From Promethearchaeota archaeon (GTDB lineage: Archaea; Asgardarchaeota; Lokiarchaeia; Sigyniarchaeales; SOKP01), in contig JAEOTP010000007.1 of NCBI GenBank assembly GCA_016839765.1, positions 1-64,000 on the forward strand: a DNA stretch of 64,000 bases, read 5' to 3'. Below are positions 20,269 through 30,123 of this stretch, in pieces; positions within the stretch are counted from its first letter, which is position 1, and every line of letters begins with the position of its first letter. Below the pieces are notes generated by a model that was not told the origin of the DNA, ran no database searches, and was given only the letters and a program-made list of their open reading frames with translations. The position numbers and the translations under genes were made by a program.

Positions 20269-20724
20269 ATTAGCTTAGACACTAAAAGTTTTGATAATAT
20301 CTTAAGTAAAATCATTAAGTCAGAAAGCGGAATAAAAAAAGTAATTCTTGTTGATAGAACTGGATTGACAATAGCAAGTGTGTCTAAATTTAGTTATTTT
20401 CCTGCTGACGTCGATGGTATTGGTGCCATTGCTAGTGCAGTATTCTGTGCAAGTGAAGAACAAGGAAAAAATCTTGAACTTGGAGACTTAGAGATAGTTA
20501 CCAGTGAGTTTTCTGGTGGAAAAATATTTGCTTCAAGCTGCGGGCCCAAAGGTGTCCTAACTTTAATTTCAGATCCAGATATTAATATTGGACTAATTAG
20601 ATTAATTCTAAAGCGCTCTGGAGATGAATTGAAAGAGATTTTAGATGAGTTCTTATCTGATATTCCAGATACTCTTGATTCAGGCTTAGATTTAAGTGAC
20701 TTAGATGAATTAACTCCTGATTAA
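20269..20724 (+). CDS. Roadblock/LC7 (MglB/LAMTOR-like) protein, about 151 aa, probable ATT start
   Basis: Frame is open from ATT 20269 (SLDTKSFDNILSKIIKSESGIKKVILVDRTGLTIAS), supplying the first helix and strand missing from the 20365 call; AGGTGTGA lies just upstream; NIGLIRL motif. Confidence 0.8.
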   Translation: MSLDTKSFDNILSKIIKSESGIKKVILVDRTGLTIASVSKFSYFPADVDGIGAIASAVFCASEEQGKNLELGDLEIVTSEFSGGKIFASSCGPKGVLTLISDPDINIGLIRLILKRSGDELKEILDEFLSDIPDTLDSGLDLSDLDELTPD

Positions 20725-20833
20725 ACAAATAATTTTTTTAAAAATCTACTTAAGAATTATTAAACTTAAAATTTCACTTAATAGTGAATCTCTTCTTTTC
20801 AATATGTTTTTATCATTTTTGAAACGAACAAAT

Positions 20834-22048
20834 TTAAAGTAGATTATTATCTTTTACAATTTTTTTATAATGATCTCTTTCTCGCCTTAAAACTTTTATT
20901 TCTTTTTTGAGATCAAAAATATCGTTTTTAACTTTCTCTCCTTCTTTCTTTTCAGAGGTAAATTTATCTTTTAGAGTCTTAACTTCAAGTTTTAAACTTG
21001 TAATTGAATCTATGTGAATGCTATTTTCATTCTTGGATTTCTCTATTTGTTCCTCCAGTTTTTTTATTTCAGTAGCGAATTTTTCAATTTCAGCATTTAA
21101 GCTTAAATTTATCCTTTTCAGATCTTCTTTTTCTTTTAATGATTTTTCAGCTTGTTTTTCAAATTCCTCTACTGATTTTAGTTCCTTCTTTAGGTTCTCA
21201 ATCTTCTTTTCCTTTACTTCTATTTCATCTTTCCTAAGAGAAACGTTATCATTAAGCTCCTTTACTTCTTCCAATAATTTGGCATTGTTTTCATTTAAAT
21301 CAGCCATTTGCTGACTCCATTTTTCTAATTTAATATACTGCTCACTTACTTCAGCTTTTAATTTTTCAACCTGCTCATTATTTTGATTTTTTTCCTCCAT
21401 TAATTCCGTGTATTTGTTTGTTAATTCTCTTAATTTACCTGTTTTTTCTTCCAACATACCCTCAAGTTCTTGGTTTTTCTCTTTAATTGCCTCAAATTCT
21501 TTTAGTAATTCATAACCTCCAGGTTCTGTTGGAATTTCTTCTTTAGTTTTATGTTCAATTTGCTCTTCTTCAGTATCTAAATGTTCTTTTTCATCTTTAA
21601 TTAACACTTTACTAGTCTCACCTTCAACAGTCTCTTCCCAGTAGGGAGTTAATTCTTCATTTTTCAGCATATCATAATATCTCCCAAAAATATCATCAAA
21701 ATTAAGCGCTTCCCTTTTTGGCAATAATTCATATGCAATTCTTCTCATCATCCCTTCAAAATCTTTAGAGAGAATGTCGTCATCGGATAAAAAAACGGTA
21801 ATCGCATAATTGGGCTTTCCAACATAATGTCGGAATGAAAAACCTGTATAGAAACTTGCTATACTTATTTCATTTTCAAGTACTAATTCAGCATAATTTG
21901 GTTCCATCTTTCTTTGCATATGGTCTTCTACTAAACCCTTAAGCTTTTGGGGTGTGATACCAAGGAATTCACTGAGATTTGAAGGAAATTGAGTATCAAT
22001 AAATACTTTAGCATTATCATTAAATCCTAAAACCATAATTCCCTTCAA
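20834..22048 (-). CDS. Longin/uDENN-like N-terminal domain plus long C-terminal coiled coil
   Basis: MKGIMVLGFNDNAKVFIDTQFP start and IASFYTG strand echo 3332/8665; about 220-aa E/K heptad region. Confidence 0.55.
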   Translation of the reverse strand: MKGIMVLGFNDNAKVFIDTQFPSNLSEFLGITPQKLKGLVEDHMQRKMEPNYAELVLENEISIASFYTGFSFRHYVGKPNYAITVFLSDDDILSKDFEGMMRRIAYELLPKREALNFDDIFGRYYDMLKNEELTPYWEETVEGETSKVLIKDEKEHLDTEEEQIEHKTKEEIPTEPGGYELLKEFEAIKEKNQELEGMLEEKTGKLRELTNKYTELMEEKNQNNEQVEKLKAEVSEQYIKLEKWSQQMADLNENNAKLLEEVKELNDNVSLRKDEIEVKEKKIENLKKELKSVEEFEKQAEKSLKEKEDLKRINLSLNAEIEKFATEIKKLEEQIEKSKNENSIHIDSITSLKLEVKTLKDKFTSEKKEGEKVKNDIFDLKKEIKVLRRERDHYKKIVKDNNLL

Positions 22049-22276
22049 ATTTAAAACCTCTTAGCAGTTATAATTACGTAATAATAAATTATTGACAATC
22101 TCAAGTAATTTTCATATTATATTAATATTTGGTTCTATTTATTTTATCCTTAGAGATTTTTAAATATAACTCTATAACCAAAAAAATGATTTAAATTCTT
22201 TTTAAATCCTTTTTAAATCATCAAATTCTGAGAATTTTTACTAAGATAGAATTTGTAAATATTCCATATATAGAAA

Positions 22277-23818
22277 TTAATTAAAAATTTGAGTAATACA
22301 ATTTAATATCTGATTTTCATCAGTAGCTAAAAAATTTTGTTTAAAGGCAGACGCAAAAAATGCACGATCTTTCGGATTAAAATATTTATACCCAAATTTG
22401 TTCCATTCCATTCCTTTATTTAGAGGAGCTATAAGAGATAATTGATTTTTTACCAAATCCGTTAATATAAAAGGAATTTCCTCTTTTGTAGTAGATTTAA
22501 CAGCATTGAGTAAAATATCATCATTAAATTTATCCCATGTTTCCTTAAATTGTAAACAAAAACTTTTAATATCAATTTTATTCTCTGTAATTAACTTCGC
22601 TAAAATTCTTAATGTCATTTCATAGGAGTTATTGTTAATATTTGAAGTAGTAGAGATTATTGTACTAGGCAATGGCTTAGGGTCTTTTCTAACTAAAGGA
22701 ATATTATATTCGGGTAACAATCTTATTTGATTTAATCCAAGTATATTCCTTACATCTTGAAGAGATCCTCCTGAATCAAAAAATTGTTTATTGATAACAT
22801 ATTTGAGAAGTTTCTGCGCATGTACATCTCCAAAATATGGATAATCTGATGCAAATAGAAGATATTCTGACCAATCTCTATTATCCACCGAATATTTATT
22901 ATTAGACTTAAACCATTTTCGAAAATCCTCAAAAAAGTTTCCCGCACCTTCTCCATGAAGCATTGAAAGATCTCCATTGGTGTTTGGTTGCACAATTGCA
23001 TTATAGACATCATGATCACCAATATTCCCCTGAGCAAAATGAGCAATAATTACCTTGAAATGAGGTAATAATTCTGGATATTGCTGATTTATAACACTTC
23101 TTGTAGATTTTACCAATTCCGCAATATCTAATATAGAACCTCTTCCTCTAGTATCAAAAATCACTGGCATTGAATGGCTAGCGGCTTCTACAAGAACATT
23201 AACCGCCTTACTTGACTTAATGTCATCAATCCATCTTTCTGAACGGGGGTGAAGTTTTAAACCCCTTAGACCTAATACTTCTCGAGCATAACTTACCTCT
23301 TTAACCGCTTTTTCCCCTTCCATAGGATCAACTCGTCCATATCCCACTAATTTCATAGAAAATGGAAATCGTGTTGTAAACCGAGAAACGTTGATATTAC
23401 TTGCTCGATATAAAGCCTCTGGTCTTTTATCTCGGAATACATCCTGGAAAGGAAATACCACTCCCTGATCAATAAATGAATAAAATTTAGATTTTTCTTT
23501 TAAATCTGAATATCTTTTTCCCAATTTCTGTAAAGCAATATATAATTTATCAGTAAAAGGATAAGGTGTAAATGACCACGAAACTCGAGTTGAGGTTCCA
23601 TCCATTATAGTCGAAAAAGATTGTTCACCAGTTTTTTCCCAATCTGCCTTAATCCGACCTTGAATGTTACCCCAAAAATCAAAAGTTCCCGAGCCCGGAG
23701 CTAACGGATTCATCATGGTAGCCCCATCTACGTCTTCCCCTAAATGAGAATGGGCATCAATCACAAAAATTTGCTCAATTCTCTTTTTTCCGCCTTGTTC
23801 TATTGTTGCAGTTAGCAT
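22277..23818 (-). CDS. Amidohydrolase family (Amidohydro_2-like) protein
   Basis: IDAHSHLG, GLRGLKLHP, IIAHF, LLFASDYPY metal-binding motifs. Confidence 0.85.
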   Translation of the reverse strand: MLTATIEQGGKKRIEQIFVIDAHSHLGEDVDGATMMNPLAPGSGTFDFWGNIQGRIKADWEKTGEQSFSTIMDGTSTRVSWSFTPYPFTDKLYIALQKLGKRYSDLKEKSKFYSFIDQGVVFPFQDVFRDKRPEALYRASNINVSRFTTRFPFSMKLVGYGRVDPMEGEKAVKEVSYAREVLGLRGLKLHPRSERWIDDIKSSKAVNVLVEAASHSMPVIFDTRGRGSILDIAELVKSTRSVINQQYPELLPHFKVIIAHFAQGNIGDHDVYNAIVQPNTNGDLSMLHGEGAGNFFEDFRKWFKSNNKYSVDNRDWSEYLLFASDYPYFGDVHAQKLLKYVINKQFFDSGGSLQDVRNILGLNQIRLLPEYNIPLVRKDPKPLPSTIISTTSNINNNSYEMTLRILAKLITENKIDIKSFCLQFKETWDKFNDDILLNAVKSTTKEEIPFILTDLVKNQLSLIAPLNKGMEWNKFGYKYFNPKDRAFFASAFKQNFLATDENQILNCITQIFN

Positions 23819-23841
23819 CTTTTATCAATTTATTTGAATTT

Positions 23842-25530
23842 TTATTCTCTCATTTCTCTTGGCAATGTTAATACTCCCGTTAAAGGATTATTTAAAGGAT
23901 CTTGGCAATACTGAATGGTAAAATAAATCAAATCCCATAAAATGTTCGGGTTTTCTCCATTATCTAGTTTATATTTGTATAAGCTCAGCTGGTATTCTGC
24001 CTCGGTTATGGGAGGCTCGGCGTAGCTCACACTTCCGAAAACAGACTGAAGTATTGGTTTTAAAAATGGGGAATAAAGAAAGCCAAGTTCCCTTAATTCA
24101 TCTTTTAAATAGAAAAACATTCGCTGGACTGCTTGCATCATATATCTTATTGGCTGATTTTGAGGTCCTAAGTATTGTTCAGCAAATTCAGGATCGTACT
24201 GTGCAAGGTGTTCTCGAGTTAAACTTGGAGCCAGTCGAAATAACGAAATTAAACCTCTTTCAATAGTCCCCTTTCTATTACTTGCAATTGTTTCACTTCC
24301 AGCGTCAGGAACCCATCTTCCCTTCTGAAGTAATTTTCGTGTTTTATAACACATGGCTTGTAATAAAAGTACAATTCCAATTCTTCGGCAGATTGATATT
24401 TGGGCATCACTAATTCTAACTTCTATTGTATTCCAATCAGTAAAAGGGAAAACATCTTGAAATCTGCCATCTTCGAGACTTGCTTTTTGAATTACGCCGA
24501 GAAAGTAATTTATAGTTTCTTGGTCAGCTGAGGTGATATATGGAATAAAATGCCTAGGATCATTATTACTCAACATTGTTGTATTACTTTTTAAGCGCAA
24601 AGAACGAACACACTGGGGTGCCGTAATGCGGTTATTGACGACTTTTACAACATCTGTCGGTTTGTTATTGATGATAGGAGAATTGCATGTTAGTGCGATA
24701 ATGTGGGGTATAAAATTCCTTATCATGCAATAAGCTTGAACCTTTTCCACATCTGATTGAAAAAAACCGATGTGAGAATGATCAGCCTGACTCAATCCTC
24801 TCATGTACTCCTTTGCTGCAGGATTGATTGCTGAAGCAATAATATGCAAATCAGTAGGCAGTGTACTCTTAGCTAACAGAAAGAGTGTCGAAGCCCAATA
24901 TGCTAATTCTTCCACATACTCGCAAGGGGGTGTTACAAGTTCTAATATATAAGTAACTGCAGTTACATTACCGTCTCTAGCAAAAGTGTCAATGTCCACT
25001 TCAACACCGTCTGGCAATCTATATCTTATATCCATAGCATAACCTTTTTCTAAATCCTCACGGCCATATGGGCGTGCTGTAACTTTAGAGCGAATATAAT
25101 CTGGAACAGGATAGAAATCATCTCGTCCTTCATATAAAATTTGATCCATTATTCTTATAGCATCTTTCACAATCTCTCTCATTCGATAGACCATCTCATC
25201 ACCAGGTGGATAATTCCCTTGATCATCTGCAATGATGAGCTCCATTTCTATACCATGAGTAAAGGGTAATCGGGTCCAATGTTCAACGTCCCATAAAATT
25301 TCTCCCCATGTTCTTTCAGGGATATATACTTCGCGGTAATCTGTTCCCAGAAATAATTTATCAGCAGATCGATCTACAGGATTGCCTATAGAAACACCGT
25401 AAGAGGCTCCAGATACTTTTTTACCTTTTACCTTTCCAGAATCCATAAAGGTTGAAAACGTATCGGAACCTCCTTTGCTCTTTCCTTTCTTTTTTTTCTT
25501 TTTCTTATCCTTGCCCATGTGTTTTTTCAC
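23842..25530 (-). CDS. Glutamate-cysteine ligase family 2 (GCS2/YbdK-like carboxylate-amine ligase)
   Basis: THGIEMELII, LELVTPP, HSHIG, ALTCNSP, TIEVRISD; Lys-rich N-terminal tail. Confidence 0.75.
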   Translation of the reverse strand: MKKHMGKDKKKKKKKGKSKGGSDTFSTFMDSGKVKGKKVSGASYGVSIGNPVDRSADKLFLGTDYREVYIPERTWGEILWDVEHWTRLPFTHGIEMELIIADDQGNYPPGDEMVYRMREIVKDAIRIMDQILYEGRDDFYPVPDYIRSKVTARPYGREDLEKGYAMDIRYRLPDGVEVDIDTFARDGNVTAVTYILELVTPPCEYVEELAYWASTLFLLAKSTLPTDLHIIASAINPAAKEYMRGLSQADHSHIGFFQSDVEKVQAYCMIRNFIPHIIALTCNSPIINNKPTDVVKVVNNRITAPQCVRSLRLKSNTTMLSNNDPRHFIPYITSADQETINYFLGVIQKASLEDGRFQDVFPFTDWNTIEVRISDAQISICRRIGIVLLLQAMCYKTRKLLQKGRWVPDAGSETIASNRKGTIERGLISLFRLAPSLTREHLAQYDPEFAEQYLGPQNQPIRYMMQAVQRMFFYLKDELRELGFLYSPFLKPILQSVFGSVSYAEPPITEAEYQLSLYKYKLDNGENPNILWDLIYFTIQYCQDPLNNPLTGVLTLPREMRE

Positions 25531-25566
25531 AAATTTTTATATTTGATAATTTTTTTTGATTTTAAT

Positions 25567-27456
25567 TTATAATAATGATTCTACAAAAGCTTTAAACGTG
25601 GCATGGTCGTTTAAAAACTCATAAGATAATATTAAATTAATTATTTTGAAGTTATAGGACATAAAAATATTTTTTAAATTTGTAACAATCTGTCCACCTT
25701 CGAAAAATGAATCATCAACCAAAACTTGAACATTTTTGCCAAGTTTTTTAATTATTCTAGACTTTAACTGGTTGAGATCTTCTGAATCAGAAGCAAGAAT
25801 GATTGTAGGTTTTCCTAAATATGGAATAAAATCCAGATTAAATAAATAAATTTGGTTTGAAATTTTATTGGGTGAAACAAATAATCGAAGAGTATTTTGA
25901 ATTATATTCAATTCCTCTTGGTTATGGTGTCGAATAGATGGATAGATGTAATAAGCAATAGATTTATTTGAATTAAATTTTAATTCAGAATAAATTCTGT
26001 CGATAATTGGGAAAATTCCAAAATCATAGCTAAATAGCGATAAAAATGCAATATTAAAATTAAAATCCCTTGATAAAAGATTACTACTCACATTCCCTCC
26101 ATTTAGGGAAAAATCTGTAACTTCATTAATAATTTTAGAAGCAAAAACATTTAATAAATAATATTGAGAAAAAATTAAGGTTGGTTCTATTTTAGTACGT
26201 AATTCATCAACCAATACATAGATTTCATTAAATAAATCTTTTGTAATGTTCTCTCTAACATCTTGAGTACCAATACTTTTGATTACTTTATCTGCAGCCT
26301 CTGGACAATCTAATTCGGCTAAAAGGCAGATTGAATTCTTAAAAAATTGGTAGGCAGGGTGTTGAGAATTATTTAGGTTAATTTTTGAAGAATTTAGTAT
26401 AATTTGATTAATTTGGTTAATAATTTGTAAAAGTTCTTCCTTATTTTTACTTTCATGTAATTGTTTGGCGACATTAAATAAAACGTTTACTTTTAGCACT
26501 TCATCTTTAATTAGGTAAGTGAGTTTTAAGGCTAATTTAACATCTTTTTTAAGAACATTCCCTATAACTTTAGCTACAACTTCTTCTTTTTTCAAAGGAT
26601 TCTCTATTAAATTTACTATTTTTATTATGTGATCGTGATTTAAATCTACAAAATCTAATGCTAACTTATTAATGATTTCAAGTTTCTTAACCTCATCGTT
26701 AAGATTTGTTATAACCTGTAGACAAGCATCTAAATCAACCGTAGCATAAGCTCTAATTAAATTGTAATAAAATTGAACCCTTTCTGTTTCATTAGATAAC
26801 TTTAATGATGTTTCTAAAGCTCTATAGAACTCTTTTATGGACAAATAGTGTTTAGCTAAAATTTTGATTTTTGAATCGATATTCTCGAGGGAAATTCCTG
26901 GTTTTGGAGGCACTAAAGCAGAAATTGCTTCACTTGGATGTACTTGACTTTGCATATAGGACTCATATTCCGCCCTCATGGACTTAATTTCCTTTTCTAA
27001 TTTCTTCAGATCATTTTTTTGGTTATTAATAAAAAAGGATTTTGGTTTAAATTTATCTCCTGAATCGGTAGTTAAAACTTGGATACTTCCTAAAATTTTT
27101 TTAATACTACTTGATGATATCACATCTCGAATTTTTTGAACTTTTACCGTATATTGGATAAGTTTCATCCAATAAGCGTTAACAGTTAACTTACCATACC
27201 CGTCTGCTGTAGGAGTTATTTTCAAATCGATATTTCTGGTCTCTCCAGGTTCAAATTTTATTTCATTTTTGAACTCTTTTGGTTCATAAGTTATATCCAA
27301 ATTCTCTCCTTCAAAACTGAATTTTAATGTTTCAATCTTCTTTGAGGCATTCATTACTTGAAGTGATACTTGATTATCACCATTAGGAATTAAAAGGTTC
27401 TGAGGAAATTTAGTTACTGTAAGATTAATGACTTTATTAGGATCTGAGGAGGACAT
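25567..27456 (-). CDS. Hypothetical protein (beta-sandwich N-terminus, helical-repeat middle)
   Basis: 629-aa ORF in an operon-like arrangement; beta-rich first ~110 aa, then amphipathic helical repeats. Confidence 0.6.
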   Translation of the reverse strand: MSSSDPNKVINLTVTKFPQNLLIPNGDNQVSLQVMNASKKIETLKFSFEGENLDITYEPKEFKNEIKFEPGETRNIDLKITPTADGYGKLTVNAYWMKLIQYTVKVQKIRDVISSSSIKKILGSIQVLTTDSGDKFKPKSFFINNQKNDLKKLEKEIKSMRAEYESYMQSQVHPSEAISALVPPKPGISLENIDSKIKILAKHYLSIKEFYRALETSLKLSNETERVQFYYNLIRAYATVDLDACLQVITNLNDEVKKLEIINKLALDFVDLNHDHIIKIVNLIENPLKKEEVVAKVIGNVLKKDVKLALKLTYLIKDEVLKVNVLFNVAKQLHESKNKEELLQIINQINQIILNSSKINLNNSQHPAYQFFKNSICLLAELDCPEAADKVIKSIGTQDVRENITKDLFNEIYVLVDELRTKIEPTLIFSQYYLLNVFASKIINEVTDFSLNGGNVSSNLLSRDFNFNIAFLSLFSYDFGIFPIIDRIYSELKFNSNKSIAYYIYPSIRHHNQEELNIIQNTLRLFVSPNKISNQIYLFNLDFIPYLGKPTIILASDSEDLNQLKSRIIKKLGKNVQVLVDDSFFEGGQIVTNLKNIFMSYNFKIINLILSYEFLNDHATFKAFVESLL

Positions 27457-27611
27457 TTTATCGGTTGTGTCTTTTATTCAGTTATATTTTAAAATTAAGC
27501 ATATAAGATAATTATTTTGTTTAAGTAAGTTTCTGTAAAACTGGTATAATACCTTTATAACATCAACATAAAAGTAATTAATTTTAAACTTTTAGTTTAC
27601 AGAATTTCATT

Positions 27612-28337
27612 TCATTCTCCTTTACGCCTGTTTCTATTGACATACTCCATTAAATCTTCGATCATCATTTCTTTTGTATAATCTGGCCAATAATCGTCCC
27701 TAAACTTGAATTCTGCATATGAGGCATCCCAGAGTAAAAATCCTGAAATTCTTGCTCCGTCCTCCATACCAGTTCTTATAATATAGTCTAGCTCAGGAAA
27801 ATCCTTTGTATGTAAATAATTTTTAACTAATTCACGATTAATTTTTTCAGGGTCAACTCCTTCTTTTATCAACCTTTTAATGGCATCTACAATTTCTTCT
27901 TGACCATCATACATAATACAGACATTTAAGAATGCTTGGTCAGAATTTCGAGTAAAATCTGTTAACTCTTTAAGTTTTTTTCTAACATCTTCTGGGAGTA
28001 AGTGCAATCTCCCTATAAAATTAATTTTAATTTTCTCGTCCCTTATGATTGATTCTTTTTTTACAGAATCTACAGCAGCATAAATTATTTTATAGATATA
28101 TTTCAACTCATCGGGGCTTCTTTTTCTGGCATTTTCAAGTGATAAAGCATACACAGTCACATATCTTATGCCTGCGTCGTAAAAATCGAATAATCGATCC
28201 CTTAAGTTTCTATATCCTTCTAAATGACCTAAATTAGGATCAAGGTTATTTTTTCTTGCCCAACGTCTATTTCCATCAAGAATCAAGCCGATATGGTTTG
28301 GCAACTTTTCTTTTTGGATATTTTTGAGCTCTTCCAA
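27612..28337 (-). CDS. uppS: cis-prenyltransferase (undecaprenyl/polyprenyl diphosphate synthase)
   Basis: PNHIGLILDGNRRWA, YALSLEN, YDGQEEI, DYIIRTG...RISGFLLW. Confidence 0.95.
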   Translation of the reverse strand: MEELKNIQKEKLPNHIGLILDGNRRWARKNNLDPNLGHLEGYRNLRDRLFDFYDAGIRYVTVYALSLENARKRSPDELKYIYKIIYAAVDSVKKESIIRDEKIKINFIGRLHLLPEDVRKKLKELTDFTRNSDQAFLNVCIMYDGQEEIVDAIKRLIKEGVDPEKINRELVKNYLHTKDFPELDYIIRTGMEDGARISGFLLWDASYAEFKFRDDYWPDYTKEMMIEDLMEYVNRNRRKGE

Positions 28338-28513
28338 AATTTTAACCTAATTTAAGAAATTACTACTAATAATCTTATTGAAGATATATTAAATAATAAG
28401 ATTTTATAAATTTAAAAATAATTGAAGAAAAATTGTTATTTTATTCGACATTGTAGGATTTAAAAGGATTAAAAAATAAAAAGAATAGCTTGGTCTTCTC
28501 TAAAAATGAAAAA

Positions 28514-29632
28514 TTATAATAGATTCTTCATAACTATTTCAGAACTTCTATGTTCTTCCCATAAAGAAAGAAATTTTTTTAGATTTTCATCGTTCTGAAA
28601 GATTTTATCCCTAGCAACTCGTTTAGCTTTGAGGACTTTCAAAAAATTGCGGTCTAAACTTCTTTCATATTCTAATCCCAATTTGTTTAATTTATCTCTT
28701 TTCTCACATTTAATTATTGCTTCGATTGCAAATTTACCAGACATCATCGCGTAAGGGATTCCTTTTCCGCTAATTGGATCAACAATACCCCCTGCATCCC
28801 CAATAGCAAAAACATTATCCCCATATAATTTTGGTCTTAATCCTACTGGGATAAGATGAGGTTTAAAGATTTCTAATTTTGAACCTTCGAGAGCACCCTT
28901 TACAAATTGAAGATTTTCAAATTTTTTAAATTCTTCCCTTGAGTTTTTTACTAAATTAATTTGGTTTCCCCAACCGACTGTTATTGTTTCCATTTTTGGA
29001 AATAACCAGGCATAACCTACAGAAATTAGATCTTTAATCCCAAAAAATAAATGAACTGTATCCTTACCCAATTCTTTATTGATTTTAGAATTGGTTGATT
29101 TCATTTCTTTGGTAATGGTCAAAATAATATCTTCCTGTTTAAAATAAGGCCATCCCAATATTTTTAATGTTTTGGAAGTAACCCCATCAGCAGCAATAAC
29201 ATACTTCGACCAATATTTTCCTTCATTTGTCGTAATACAGTACTTTTCTCCTTTCTTTTCAATGTTAGTTAACATTTCTCGATCTCTTAAGATAACACCA
29301 GCATCTAATGCCATATCTGTTAAAAATTTATCAAAAATACCACGCCAAATGACTGCACCTTTTCCCTTTTTTGAATAATCATCTCCATCAGTGTGGTGTA
29401 ACTCTAAGGATTCAATAATACGTTCTATTTTATCTTCTGGATAATCTATCTCCTCTACAAGCTCCCATGCTAGAGCTCCACCACATGCTTTATACCGTCC
29501 GTTTTCACCAAGATGCTCTTTCTCTATTATACATGTTGAATATCCATTTTCTCTCGCAACCTTAGCGGCAACTGAGCCGCCTGGACCAGCACCTATTACC
29601 AAAATGTCAAATTCATTGGAAATTGAATTCAT
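28514..29632 (-). CDS. Geranylgeranyl reductase family FAD-dependent oxidoreductase
   Basis: IGAGPGG, RYKACGG, AADG, YAWLFPK, GDAGGIVDPISGKGIPYAM; lies in the isoprenoid cluster. Confidence 0.85.
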   Translation of the reverse strand: MNSISNEFDILVIGAGPGGSVAAKVARENGYSTCIIEKEHLGENGRYKACGGALAWELVEEIDYPEDKIERIIESLELHHTDGDDYSKKGKGAVIWRGIFDKFLTDMALDAGVILRDREMLTNIEKKGEKYCITTNEGKYWSKYVIAADGVTSKTLKILGWPYFKQEDIILTITKEMKSTNSKINKELGKDTVHLFFGIKDLISVGYAWLFPKMETITVGWGNQINLVKNSREEFKKFENLQFVKGALEGSKLEIFKPHLIPVGLRPKLYGDNVFAIGDAGGIVDPISGKGIPYAMMSGKFAIEAIIKCEKRDKLNKLGLEYERSLDRNFLKVLKAKRVARDKIFQNDENLKKFLSLWEEHRSSEIVMKNLL

Positions 29633-30123
29633 TATTTAACACATCTAATAATTTTATAATTCTTCGCTTCGTAAACAACTTTAATATTACTAATTTTAAT
29701 AAAGAATTGGTTAAAAAATTCACGTAAAGTATTCTATTTTTAACGTTGATTTATATTTCATTTATTCATATTTTTTTCATTTAAATATTGAAGTAAATAA
29801 TATTTCTAAGACTATGAATCGTTCATAATGTTAACCGTATCGAATCTTAGGTTTAATAGACACAAAGTTTAAAACATTCCTTTCCTATTCTTTTTTAATC
29901 AAATAACTATTTTATTAAAGGATTTTTTAAGAAAAAAAATTTAATTTCGTAGAAGCAAAATAAAAAAAGAGATAGCCAATAAGGACTATTTCTAAATTAA
30001 GAAAATTTAATTGAAAAGAAAATAAATTATCATTCATATCGTTAATCTTAAATATGGTTTTACAATAAAATTTTTTAAATAGATAAGTTTTTGAATAAAT
30101 AAATATTACCTTAGTTTATTATC

